Shown: positions 25,519-37,880 of the stretch, in pieces | Position numbering within the stretch: position 1 is the first letter of the stretch | How the letters are laid out: each line of letters opens with the position of its first letter | NCBI RefSeq assembly: GCF_006345805.1 | Contig: NC_043002.1 | Location: 94,674,001-94,738,000, forward strand | Source: Octopus sinensis | Lineage: Eukaryota | Direction of reading: 5' to 3' | DNA length: 64,000 bases | The notes under the pieces: model-generated | Databases searched by the model: none | Told to the model about the DNA's origin: nothing | What the model saw: the letters and a program-made list of their open reading frames with translations, nothing else | Program-made: the position numbers and the translations under genes

Positions 25519-26100
25519 CCTTTTCTACTCTAGGCACAAGGCCCGAAATTTTAGGGGAGGGAGCCAGTCATTTGGATCGACCGCTGTACGCAACTGGTAC
25601 TTAATTTACCAACCGTAAAAGGGATGAAAGGCAAAGTCGACCTCGGCGGAATTTGAACTCAGAACGTAGCGGCAGACGAAATACCTATTTCTTTACTACC
25701 CACAAGGGATTAATACAGAGAGGACAAACAAGGACAGACAAACGGATTAAGTCGATTACATCGACCCCAGTGCGTAACTGGTACTTAATTTATCGACCCC
25801 GAAAGGATGAAAGGCAAAGTCGACCTCGGCGGAATTTGAACTCAGAACGCAGCGGCGGACGAAATACCTATTTCATTATTACCCACAAGGGGCTAAACAC
25901 AGAGGGGACAAACAAGGACAGACATAGGTATTAAGTCGATTACATCGACCCCAGTGCGTAACTGGTACTTAATTTATCGACCCCGAAAGGATGAAAGGCA
26001 AAGTCGACCTCGGCGGAATTTGAACTCACAACGTAACGGCAGACGAAATACCGCTAAGCATTTCGCCCGGCGTGCTAACGTTTCTGCCAGCTCGCCGCCT
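25519..26100 (-). mobile_element. Multimeric OK/OR-like SINE (three tandem cores)
   Basis: Core GGATGAAAGGCAAAGTCGACCTCGGCGGAATTTGAACTC occurs at about 25622, 25805 and 25989; flanked by TAAAGCTATTGCCATAT (25502) and TAAAGCTATCGCAATAT (26101), 15/17 identical. Confidence 0.88.
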
Positions 26101-26125
26101 TAAAGCTATCGCAATATTGGAAACA

Positions 26126-26421
26126 GCTTCTGAGTTCAAATTCCGCCGAGGTCGACTTTGCTTTTCATCCTTTCGGGGTCGATAAATTAAGTACCAGTTA
26201 CGCACTGGGGTCAATGTAATCGACTTAATCCGTTTGTCTGTCCTTGTTTGTCCTCTCTGTGCTAATCCCTTGTGGGTAGTAAAGAAATAGGTATTTCGTC
26301 TGCCGCTACGTTCTGAGTTCAAATTCCGCCGATATGTACCAGTTGCGTATTGGGATTGATCTAATCGACTGGCTTCCTCCCCAAAAATTTCGGGCCTTGA
26401 GCCTAGAGTAGAAAAGAAAAG
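26126..26421 (+). mobile_element. 5'-truncated dimeric SINE with 13-bp TSD
   Basis: AATATTGGAAACA at 26113-26125 and 26422-26434. Confidence 0.88.
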
Positions 26422-27419
26422 AATATTGGAAACATCTCTTCTGTATCTCAAGGTCACAAATGTCTTACTCCCTTAAACTGTTCGCATCGTCTGACGTAGT
26501 TAAAACATGCTTCTGCTCATATTAATACTCGGCCTTGTTTTTATCCGCAACGTTTCTGTACGAAAACCTTTTGCATACTCCTTATAATGGACACTCTCAT
26601 GTTTCGCATGTTAATTCGAAATATTTCGTGAATGCTTATGCATGGCACGAAGGAAGCTGTCAAAATCCACAGAGCGGCTTGCAAATATTCTGGAACTCTT
26701 ATATCCTTGTATTGGATATATAGTGGGTGTGGGGGAAGAAAGTATTTACGCGACGCACTACTAACATTACACGAGACTCAACACTCTATATCAAAGGCTC
26801 ACAGTGGACTGCTACCAACACGAACTGCCAATCGCTCACAATTCTTTAGTCAGTCCACCTTTAGTCACTTGGTGGGTGGTCGCAATCCTTCCACAACAGG
26901 AACCTAACTCCCAAACCAAATTCACAGAAAAGTAGAAGTGTGCATTGGTTATTCATTTCTAAACAACGCATGCACACAAGCCCATATATAAACTAAACAA
27001 AAATGCAAACATTCATTCACATTTATATATACATGTTACTCTTTATTATTCAACAGTCAGAGAAACGATTAAAAATACAATTCACAACTGAATGATTTGA
27101 CTGATAACATTTATGTTGTAGTACATGTATCTACATAATTACTTCTGTAATTTTAAGGAATATTCTATACCAGAACACTTCTCCAAAAATCAAAAACTTT
27201 ATGAATTGTATTCAGCAATTTCATGTCGAATCATATTGCTATCAAATACAATTGCTTTCACTAAAAACATCAACATACGCATGCTCAGATTTTCTTTTTT
27301 TTATTTTGATTTCGTTTGTTGGTCTTACAACAAATGTAGATTTTGTTGTAAGGATTCCTGAAACAGATAACCTTCCTCGACTTTGACCCTCGAATGTTTA
27401 AGTTATATACATAGTATTA

Positions 27420-27630
27420 TTGATTTCAAATTTTGGCACAAAGCCAGCAATTCCGGGGTAGGGGTAAGTTGATTATATCGACCCCATTATTCAACTGGTA
27501 CTTATTGACTCCAAAGGAATGAAAGGTGAACTCGATATTGGCGAAATTTGAACTCAGAACGTAAAGACGGACGAAATGCCGCTAGGCATTTTACTCGAAG
27601 TGCTAACGATTCTGCCTGCTCGCCGCCTTC
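27420..27630 (-). mobile_element. OK/OR-like SINE
   Basis: Full core through the head end CTCGCCGCCT. Confidence 0.85.
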
Positions 27631-28607
27631 ATAAGCATAGTGATATTACCAGCTTGGAGATAATAAATATTATTAGTGACAATATATAGATATTACTATA
27701 TTTGGTATCATTGACTAGAGATGATCGCTACTAACGATTAATGATATATTTGATAATAGTTACTTTATCTATCTCTCTGATTCTTTCATAATGCCTACTG
27801 ACATTTTTCCCAGCCAGTCATTTTTGACGTCAGCTTTTGACGGCTGTCAATAGACAAAGAGTTGAATTTTCGTACCTAAAAACCTCATGAAATATTCTAG
27901 TTCATTTTGATGGGCGTATAAAAACACTGGAGTTCAGATCTCTATAAGGATCATTTTCTTATTGCCTCCGAGGTTTGTGTAACTTTTAACGCACGCTTAA
28001 TATGTTAATTTTAAGCCCTTAACTTTCTAAGAGATTATTCCTGTTGTAGCTGGACGCAATAAGTTAAACAATTTCAATAATTCTTGATACATACACACAT
28101 CATTCATATTACAAACTGTATATTCAAATATTAAAAATATTCAGTGTTATTAATAAGCATTGTTGAAGCTACTTTTTCTCCTATTGATTATTCAACGTAT
28201 TAAGCATAACGCAAGTTCATAGCTTTCAGCTGTTCCCCTACTATGCGATGAGACCAACATAAAACATATGACAACAATAAATATTTCTTATAAATGTAAT
28301 TTATTAAAACTTGCTCTAATTAGCAGCTACCCAACATTAAAATAAAACTGAAAGATTACATATTTTAGCTCATCACTTCAAAGGCCTAATACATCTAAAA
28401 GTTGTTTTTTTTAAATCACAATTCAGTAAATTCTTAAAATTTATACATAAATATGAATAGTTATATAACATGTTGATGGGTATGTTTACAGTTTGTAGAT
28501 ACGCGTGTATTGAGGTGAATGGTATTTTAAAATACTTAATTATAGGTGTATTAAACCTCTCAAACCTGATCACCGGTTTTGTTTCTTTCAAATAACCTAT
28601 TACCATA

Positions 28608-28880
28608 TAGGGTTGTTTGTTCCTTCTCGAGCCATGCCTGGCTCATAAGGGCCGGTTTCCCGGTTTCCTTGGCGTATAGGTTCCCCACCTGCAGGAGGAA
28701 ACAGTTAGAGAAAGTTGTGGCGAAAGAGTCAGCAGAAGTTCGCCATTACGTTCTGCCAGAGCTGCGTGGAGCTTAAGTGATTCGCTCATAAACACACATA
28801 TCGACAGGTCTGAGATTCGAACCCGCTATCCCTCGACCGCGAGTCCGCTTCTCTAACCACTAGGCCATGTGCCTCCACAA
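28608..28880 (-). mobile_element. tRNA-derived SINE, second family
   Basis: Minus strand TGGCCTAGTGGTTAG (box A)..GGTTCGAATCTC (box B); tail GGAAACCGGGAAACCGGCCCTTATGAG shared with 54680-54935. Confidence 0.8.
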
Positions 28881-29069
28881 CATATAGGGTACTGCCAAAA
28901 GAACAAATAACTGACGAACTGTAGACAGGAACATCACAACGAGCTAGCTAGTGAAATGGTCTGCAGAAAAGGGATTTCCGGCTAGACGAGAGAGAAGTCT
29001 GAAACTTCAGATGGCCGATCGTATTCACCCTCACAGTGTGTAGCTGAATGAAGTTATTTCGCGTCGGTA

Positions 29070-29302
29070 GCCTTGTTCTGAATTAAAATGGCATAATCTT
29101 TTTGTTGTTTTACTTGTTTCAGTCACGCGACTGACCATGCCGGAGCACCGCCGTTGGTCGAACAAGTCGACCACAAGATTTAGTCTTTGTAAGTCTAGTA
29201 CTTATTCTATCAGTGTCTTTTACCGAACCGCTAAGTTATGGGAATGTAAACACAGCAACATCGGTTGCTAAGTAATGATGGGGGCAGAAACACAGACACA
29301 GG

Positions 29303-29352
<50 letters not shown>

Positions 29353-29620
29353 TACACACACGCACACACACAAATATGCACGTACTGGCAGAGATGCCCG
29401 ACCTTGCTCGGGATTAAAATGGCGTAGTTTTTGTTTTACATCTTTCTGTTATTTGACCGCGGCCATACTGGAGCGCCGTCTTCGGTCAAAAAATCGACCA
29501 CATGATTTATTCCTTGCAAGCCTAATACTTATTATATCGGTGTCTTTTGCCGAACCACTAAGTTGTGAGAACGTAAACACAGCAACATTGGTTGTCAAGC
29601 AATGGTGGCGGTACAAACAC
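29070..29620. mobile_element. Two tandem copies of a third SINE-like family, each ending in (CA)n
   Basis: CAGTCA..GGAGCACCGCC..CTAGTACTTATTCTATC..CCGAACCGCTAAGTT is repeated about 330 bp apart. Confidence 0.75.
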
Positions 29621-29697
29621 ACACACACAGGTACACAAATATACACATACATATACATATATATACGCATATATACATACATATATATATACATATG

Positions 29698-29780
<83 letters not shown>

Positions 29781-29940
29781 TATATACATGAATATATATA
29801 CATATACATACCTTTATATATACACACATAAATATAGATACATAAATATATATACATATATATATATACACACATATATATATATATATACATATATACA
29901 CACACACACTCACACATACATACATACATACATACATGTA
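29621..29940. repeat. (TA)n/(CA)n/(TACA)n microsatellite
   Basis: Read directly. Confidence 0.95.
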
Positions 29941-31213
29941 TTGGGTTGTCCGGAAAGTTCGTGCCGATATTTAAAGGAAAGAAAAAGGTCAATAAATGCT
30001 TGCCATTACATTTTTAATCAACCAAATATGAACTATTTTGTTGCACAATGTGTCTCCATCTTTCCTTTAACTTGAAAATACCCTTTTCCCAGAACTGAGG
30101 TGGATTCATGCAAAGAATTCATCAAGATATCTTTTTATGTCATCCAAGGAATTGAAATTTTTACCATTAAGACTATTCTGTAGAGACCTGAATAAGTGGA
30201 AATCCGAAGGAGTAATATCTGGCGAATATGGAGGGTGGGGTAACACATCCCAGCCGAGGTGCAGCAATTTCTGTCTGGTTCCCAAAGAAACGTGCGGTCT
30301 TGCATTATCATGCTGGAAAACAATACCCTTCCTGTTGGCCAATTCTGGACGCTTCTCTTGAATTACTGCTTTTAACTCGTCTAGTTGTGTGCAGTATTTC
30401 TCAGAATGAATTGTCTGGTTACTTGGGAGAAGCTCATAGTACAGAATTCCTTTCCAATCCCACCAGATACAAAGCAAGACTTTTTTAGGATGAAGACCCG
30501 CTTTTGAGGGGGCTAAGGGTGGCTCATGTCGCTTACTCCAGGATCGTTTTCTTGGTAGATAATCTATTTCTCATCACCTGTCACAATTTGCTTTAAAAAA
30601 GGTGTGTTTTCGTTCCGTTTATAAAGCGCATCACAGATGGAAATGCTATCCAAAAGGTTCTTCTCACTTAACTCTTGTGGTACCCAAACATCGTAGCGAT
30701 TTATGTACCCAAGCTTTACCAGTTGCTCATGAACGAAGGATTTTGATAGGTTGAGACTTTCTGCCAATTCTCAGGTTGTGCAATGTGGGTTATTCTCAAT
30801 TAATGACTTGATTTGGTCATCATATGTTGTGGATGGTCTGCCTGATCGATCTTTATCAATAAGGCTACAATCTCCAGCTCGGAACCTTGCGAACCACTTC
30901 CGTACAGTTCTTTCGGATAAAGAAGCATCACTGTAAACTGCGCATATTTCTTTGGTTGCTTGTGAGGCATTTTTCCCTTTACGGAAAAAGAAAAGCATCA
31001 AGTGCCGAAAATGAACTTTCTTATCTTCCATTTTAAAGGGTTACAGAATTAACACAGGTTATAGGAACATAAACCTTCTTCCAAGAAAAGATAGCTTTAA
31101 CTGTGCTCTGAATGGATGTGTAGTCAAATCCTATTTTATGGACTTAACCACGTCCTAAAATAAGTCGAAAGGTAAGCTGCTATAAATCGGCACGAACTTT
31201 CCGGACAACCCAA
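29941..31213 (-). mobile_element. Full-length mariner (Mos1/mauritiana-like motifs), 1273 bp, transposase disrupted
   Basis: TIRs TTGGGTTGTCCGGAAAGTTCGTGCCGAT with TA TSD; fragments MEDKKVHFRH.., WVPQEL, IVTGDEK, LCIWWD, FQHDNARPH and YSPDITPSDFHLF in broken frames. Confidence 0.96.
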
Positions 31214-31329
31214 TATATAAATACATGTTGAAAGTAATAGAAGTGAAACTAATATATATATAGCTACATAATGAAAGTAATTGAAATTGAAACCATGTAA
31301 TAGTGAAAGAATCAATAGTGATGTCATTG

Positions 31330-31556
31330 TTTCATTTTTGAAACGTAATACGTTGACACTCTAAGAGATGAGAGATTGCTCCGGGCTCGCATTAGGCATG
31401 AAGTTTTTAAAAAATGACCCATGACATTGCTTGGACGATAAGTAAGGCATGTGTAAAATTTGAATGAAATCCTTTGGGTACTTCTCGAGTTTTAGTGATG
31501 TACACATACAGACAAACAGCCATACACGCACACACATTTTGTCAGTTTTAAATATA
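31330..31556 (-). mobile_element. Probable Helitron-type 5' fragment abutting the next Helitron's CTAG end
   Basis: Minus strand TATATTTAAAA..TGTGTGTG..TGTTTGTCTGTATGTG resembles the 5' ends of the other Helitrons here. Confidence 0.4.
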
Positions 31557-32992
31557 CTAGCAGGTGTATCGGGCGTTGCTCGGGGCTGTTTGTTAAGTAT
31601 GCCTGGTCAACGTAGTCTCCCACGAAGTAGAGCTGAAGAAACTGAGGCAAGGCAGTGTCATGCGGCTGCAGGGAACCAATTCTGAGGTAAATCTACCCCT
31701 GCACTTTAAAGGAAGGCATGAAATGCCCATCTTGTATGATGTTGGCGCCGAAGGAAGTCATTTAGAACGCGCAGTTGTAGGCACGTATCTGCTTGAGAAA
31801 GTCATGAGAATAAGGAGATGCCCCTATCAAAATATCAGTCAAAAGGAGTGGAGGATCTTGTAGAAGAGGTGCTGTAATCTTACAGTTGGAGAAACAGATG
31901 CCGGGAGTTTCTCCAGTCCACATTTTAGCTCCGCAAAGTTGGTAGATTGTGGACATGCAGCTTATTTGAACGTCAGGGTGATTACGGTAGTCAATTGTAG
32001 GATCGTAGTTGAATGCTGCCATTGACCAACGCGAGGAGCATGGCCTTGATTTAGAACGTCGTACAGTCCTTGAGTAAGAACGTCGTGCACCCTACGGTCG
32101 TTGTTGTCTTTCCCCTGTAGTCTCTGTAGAGCGCGCAGCACCTGTTGCTGAAGCATCTCTTGTAAGTCGAACTGCGCGTTGTGCTGCAGTCTCTGCAGCT
32201 CATGCAGCAGCAGTTGAAGAAGCATCTCTTGTTCGGCGTGCTGAACGTGGCTCGTTGCTCTGGGCGGCTCGTTGAGCAGCAATACGTGCTAATCGATCAC
32301 AACACTGCTCTTCATTTTCCCTTCTTCGCGCTGAAGCCATCCAAAGTGCATTGAGAGAGTTCCTCCTGGCGAGGTCCTCGGCAGATTCATTTGCGCGCAT
32401 ACGTTTACTTTTCTTTGCAGCATTTGTTTACCAACCTATTATGTATCTTTTTCGTCGAGGTATGGTAGAAAATTATCAGTTTATGCAATACAAAAAATCC
32501 TAAGGAAAAAGCGGTGAATGTGTAGCACCCAAATACTAGTAAAATGTAGTTGGCAGAAATGTTAATCAAATTAAGGATTTTAAATTTTGGGTAATAGTTT
32601 TGAAGTGGCTAGTTTAAGTTGGAATAATTATATGAAAAAGAGCGCTCACGTGAAAACAGAGGCAAATCGTAACTCGCAAATGAATACTACTGGCAATACT
32701 GTGCAAGCAGTCGATAAGAGCTCGCCACAGCTGACAAAGTATAGTATTGATTTTTTTCCAAGCTGTCTGTGTGTCACGGTTTTTCGTTGGCTGAAGCCAA
32801 ATCGTAGGCAAATTTAGAGCAATCTATTTATGTTGGGTGCGTGGAATTTCGAGGAAAAAATTGAGAAAAAGCGTCCTAAGTCAAAGAGAGCATAAATGCC
32901 AAATTTGGTGAAATTCCATTGAAAATTGTAGGAGTAGAGTTGGTTCACACAACACACACAGAGACAGAAAACTTGCCTTTTAACATATAAGA
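31557..32992 (-). mobile_element. Internally deleted Helitron carrying the RepHel N-terminus
   Basis: 5' TC at 32992, 3' hairpin CCCCGAGCAACGCCCG and CTAG|T at 31557; coding remnants AKMWTGETPGIC..QDPP..FLKQIRAYNCAF.QMTSFGA..FKVQG typical of Helitron RepHel. Confidence 0.92.
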
Positions 32993-33058
32993 TATACAAC
33001 AATCTTATTTCAGTTTCCGTGTACAAAATCCACTCACAAGGATTTGGTCGGCCTGAGG

Positions 33059-33113
<55 letters not shown>

Positions 33114-33114
33114 T

Positions 33115-34424
33115 TGATGAAGTGTACCACGTGACAGCTGCCTGGTTGTGGCTGCTGGAGTCTACCTGTCAATATTCAAGGGCGAAAAAAATGTCATTCG
33201 TCATTCGTGCAGAGAGGCAAACATACACACACAAGTTTTTCAAAATGTTCGAAATGAAAAGAGAAGCGGTACAAATCCGTAGCAGAAAATATTCAATTGT
33301 TAGAACGTTACAAAGTTCTTGGGAAAACAACTCAGTGGGAAGCAGCAATGAGTTTGGGAATTTCAAGAAGTCTGTTCCAGAATTTTGCAAAAGAATGAAA
33401 ATGACTGTAGCATAATTGATATCCTCACTGTTTGAGAGACATTAAGAATAATCTCGTGGTAGATAACAAACATCTTTGGCTAGTTTGACCCTGCTGTGTC
33501 CACTGCTCTGATTGGTTGGCATTTGGCGCAGTTTGTCTTTCGACTTATTTCGCACCAGTGTGTAAGCCAACCAATCACGGCCTTTGGATAAGGTCTCGTG
33601 ACACTGTTTTTCTGATCCTTCATTTGAGCCATCTAAACCCTATAAAAAGACCAGCATTCACTGTTCCGGGTCTTTGGCTCTAGACCTTCTAAGGTCTAGT
33701 CACTGACCACCGAGCTACTCAGCCGTGTTCCAGTTCCAGCGACAGACGACCAGCCAGCCAACCATGCTACTGCTCCAGCCATGAAGACGCTATTGTACAC
33801 CAGCACCGTAGGACGTCTCCATCACCGTCGCCATTACCACCGTCAACTTCAAATATGTGCACACCAACACTGATCAGGTTAAAAACTCCACGCTGTTTGT
33901 GAATATTTCACAGAGGTAAAACCGTTGCAGTCTACCTGAAAGAACTTCTGTATCAAGAGATTCGGCACAGCATTGAGGCCCCAACCGCTTCACGACATGT
34001 GCACCAACCAGCCTCTGCCTCGTGTCCACAACATCTTGTTATAGAACTTGCTATCGTGTACCTCACTTACGAACTGGTAAACAAATTCCATCTTAACTCA
34101 ATATGCTGAGACATTCATCTTATGCTCTGTATTTCTGTTTTATACGCATACACTTTCTGTCGCACACACGAACACAAGACACAAACCTTTGTAGCATGCA
34201 CACAGTCACTACACTTTGCTAGCACTCACACACTCTCTTTGTATACTTAGTAAATAAAGTCTTCTTCTCTCTCAAACAGTAGAACCGTTGTCGTCCTTCA
34301 TTTATTCCTTTGGAACTGTATTTTATATCATGTATTTGGCTTCTTGTTTTGTTAGGGGCGACCGTGCGGCGTTTGAAAGGAGACAGTTGTCACCAACTCC
34401 TTACGCACAGTCGAATACCCTACA
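33115..34424 (+). mobile_element. LTR-like element (about 1.3 kb, TG...CA) with Pol II promoter and poly(A) signal
   Basis: Non-coding; E-box CACGTG (33128), CCAAT motifs (33511, 33571), TATAAAA (33641), AATAAA (34253). Homologous to 41880-42340. No TSD found. Confidence 0.6.
33505..33650 (+). promoter_or_regulatory. CCAAT/TATA promoter of the LTR-like element
   Basis: ATTGG 33511-33515, CCAAT 33571-33575, TATAAAA 33641-33647. Confidence 0.5.
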
Positions 34425-36035
34425 TGACCTTCGTGCCAAAGAGCACGGTGGTTGATCCTCAAAGAAAAAGCGCCAACGAGAGGGAAAGAACCAACAAATA
34501 AATGGTCTTCTCTACGATTGGTTTCAATTTATTCGCTCGAGAACCATTCCTGTCAATGACGCGTTCTTAATGCACAAAGCCAACACCATTGCTCAAGCTG
34601 CTGGACATGATTTTAAGACATCCGAAGTCATGGAATCTCTTTTACAGTTTTAAAACGTAAGCTTTGTAGTTCACTAGTTCACATTTTTCTCTTTGGAGAA
34701 CAAACTAACCATTTCATATGTTTCAGGTGATGCAGCTGAAACTGACGTCAATAGAGCCCATTCATTTTGTGAGACAACCAACCATGCAGCTTCTGTTGAA
34801 ATGGTATCAGCCACAGGACATCTACAACACCAATGAAACTGGGATCAACTTTCATGCATTTCCAGGGAATATATACGTCAACAAGAGTTGCAAGAAAACT
34901 GTGAAGCGCTTTAAGACGGCAAAGGACCGTACGACCTTACTGGTGGCCTGCAACATGAATGGAAACAAAGACTTGCTCTTAATCGGAAAGGCTGGTTCGC
35001 CAAGATGCTTCAAGAATGTCAAAACGCTTCCGATTCTGAACAACTTTTCAACCAATGTTTGGATGACAGAAAAAAATCTATGAAAGATGTCTCAGACCCT
35101 GGGATTGTTGTTTGCAGGAATCTGAAAGACAATTGGTTGTCCTACTTGACAATGGCTCTTCTCATGTAGTCATCGATGATCTCAAGAATATCACTGTAAA
35201 ATTTATTCTTCCCAACACAACGTCAGTACTGCAACCCTGTAACCAAGGTAACCGAGACCTTGAAAGCCTACTTCAGATATGAAATGCATGAGATCAATGA
35301 TGTTATGGAAGACACTAAATGTGACATTTCTGCCCAAGAAGTTGCAAAGCGGATCACCATTTTGAATGCCATGTCCATGCTAAGCGTAACTTGGAAGATG
35401 GTCTCTAGTCAGACAATCAAACATTGTTGGACCAAAGCTGGTCTTGTTTTGGCCAAAGAATCAAATGAAGCCATAGATATTAACGAAGATTTGAGCCTGC
35501 CTTTACCACCTACTGGATTGACCAAAAAGCAGTTTGAGAACTGGTTGTCCGTAGATGATGGTGCTGTTGTTGCTCCAGAGGTTATCACTGAAGAAGGAAA
35601 ACTAGACGAGATCATTCATCACATTCGGCAATCTGAGAAGGAAACCGAAGGAGATGAAGATGGTAGTTCCGACGTTGATGTTGATGAAAGAGTTCTGGAA
35701 CCTCCAACACCAACTGAAATTAAATTCTATCTCACTCGATTAGAAAGTAGTCTTGAAAGTTTTGATTTCAGTGACATGAATCTTTTTAGAACTCTCAGGG
35801 AAAAATCAATGCAGATTTGTGAACAAAGTGTCTAGCAAAGCAAACAACACGACACATTTGTCATTCAATGACATTGTATATAATGTTTTTATTCGTGTAT
35901 TCGCACATGTGTGTATTTTAATAATTACCCATGTTTAATCAATTGGTGAATTTTGTTACCACGGTTAATAACTCCCTTGTTTAATAAATCCAAAATAGGC
36001 GGTCCTAAGATGAATTTATAAAGCGGTGTCTACTG
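34425..36035 (+). mobile_element. 5'-truncated pogo/Tigger (CENP-B/DDE_1) transposon relic
   Basis: HTH remnant LYDWFQFIRSRTIPVND, DIYNTNETG, KDRTTLL..CNMNG, LLDNGSSH, LPNTTSVLQP and IKHCWTKAGL; right TIR ..AAAGCGGTGTCTACTG followed by TA. Confidence 0.85.
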
Positions 36036-36479
36036 TATATGTAAATTTATATCACAGAATCCTCAGTATATCGCAAGTTACAGCGGCCAGTAGGTATTTA
36101 TATTTTTTTAGATTTTAATTATTCTTGTAGTCGAAGGATTACTGTGTACGACTCTACATCTTAGAGTATGCTTCTTCTTTCGGATTTATGTTTTTTACAG
36201 ACTTTTTTTTTAATAATAACTCCACCAAAAGAATACAAATCCAGAAGATGTTCAAATAAGAAATCTTGTTTCGTTTTTCAACTTCGTACATCTAACACCT
36301 CTCTGCGCAGACCGTAAACTTAGATGAACTTAGATAAACTTAGATATGTTTCGACCAAAGATTGATCCAGGTCATGTCTAACTTAATAGCACCACCTGAT
36401 AGGATTATTCGAATCCTGTTTAAGTCAAGTTTTGCTTATTGTCCATTCAAGTAGTGAGTTCTTGTTGGGTGAGTTGTAT

Positions 36480-37032
36480 CCAATTATGGGTGGCTTATCT
36501 GGTATTCTTTGAAGGAATCGATCCAGGTCCGTTTAAAGTTGATGGGATCCTTTTCCTCTTTGATCTCTTTCGGGACAATGTTAAATAGGGCAGGGCCTGT
36601 TGAGGAAAAGAAATCATGTTGCAGTGTACATGTATGCTGTGATCTTGAATTGGGCAGGGGACGTATGGCCCGTGGTCCCAGTCTTGGATGAACCTTGAAG
36701 CTAATGTTCAGGTCGTTTGGGCAAAGTTGGCGGTATATTCTCCACATCGTACAAATGATGTACTGCTCACGGCGACGCTGGAGAGAGTAAAGTTTCAAGG
36801 CTTTAAGGCGATCCCAATAATCGAGAACAGCCATGGCTTCAATTCGTTTAGTGAGTGCCCTCTGGGGTAACTCAATCCTCGAGATGTTTTGTCTTGTATG
36901 GGGAGACCACAGTGGGCAGCAGTATTCGAGGTGTGGCCGTACAAAGGAGGAGAAAAGTGGTATGATGACACCTTGTTCTCTGGACCGGAAAGTTCTTAAG
37001 ATCCAGGAACTCATCCCACGAGCTATATCGAC
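36480..37032 (-). mobile_element. CR1-clade LINE 3' fragment
   Basis: SFVRPHLEYCCPLWSPH..YWDRLKALKLYSLQRRRE..GPALFNIVP. Confidence 0.88.
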
Positions 37033-37880
37033 CTCATTAGAAATAGCAGCAAAAAAAAATTTTTTTAGCCAAATTCTAATACTTAAAGAAAATTTCTCTC
37101 AGATAGTGCTTACTCAAAATAGCCCACGAAGGTATGGGGGTAAAAACATTAAAAAATCACAATTGCAAAGCGTGGGCTATTTTGAGTAAGCACTATCTGA
37201 GAGAAATTTTCTTTAAGTATTAGAATTTGGCTAAAAAAATTTTTTTGGCTGCTATTTCTAATGAGTTCAGTATGTGGCAAAGTAATTTATTTTACTAAGC
37301 CCTTTATAAAATGTAATATTTTGAATTCGCCTTAAATGGTCCCTTTACATACTGAATACTTGGTGAAATTGATTAATAATTAATTAATTTTACCCTCAAT
37401 TGTTGAAATTATAATTCATTTCTCTCTGTTTAATGCTTCGGTCTTCACCGATAAAATTATGGTGTTTGCTAGGTTAGCCCACGTGGGTGGAAAGGGGAGG
37501 GCAGAAATTCTTCGCTTGCATATTTTGAATTTGTTGGCACTGTTAGTCTGAACGGATCTTCGGAGGTGAAAAGTCGCCAAAAGGGTATGCTCCTACTTTC
37601 AGTGTTTACAAATCCGAATTAAGGAATTTTGGGCTGACGAAAGAAATGTCGAATTGTATTTGGCTGATCTAGAAACGTACGTTCTCAAATAACCTTTGCA
37701 ATTGTGATTTTTTAATGTTTTTACCCCCATACCTTCGTGGGCTATTTTGAGTAAGCACTATCTGAGAGAAATTTTCTTTAAGTATTAGAATTTGGCTAAA
37801 AAAATTTTTTTGGCTGCTATTTCTAATGAGTTCAGTATGTGGCAAAGTAATTTATTTTACTAAGCCCTTTATAAAATGTA

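Noticed and set aside
25600-26420. Regularly spaced repeats resembling a CRISPR array
   Set aside because: The units are ~180-bp SINE multimers with non-unique spacers in eukaryotic DNA, with no cas genes.
28810-28880. tRNA-like box A/B sequences (also 20690-20728, 26050-26100, 54870-54935)
   Set aside because: No complete cloverleaf, and each continues into a SINE body; they are SINE heads, not tRNA genes.
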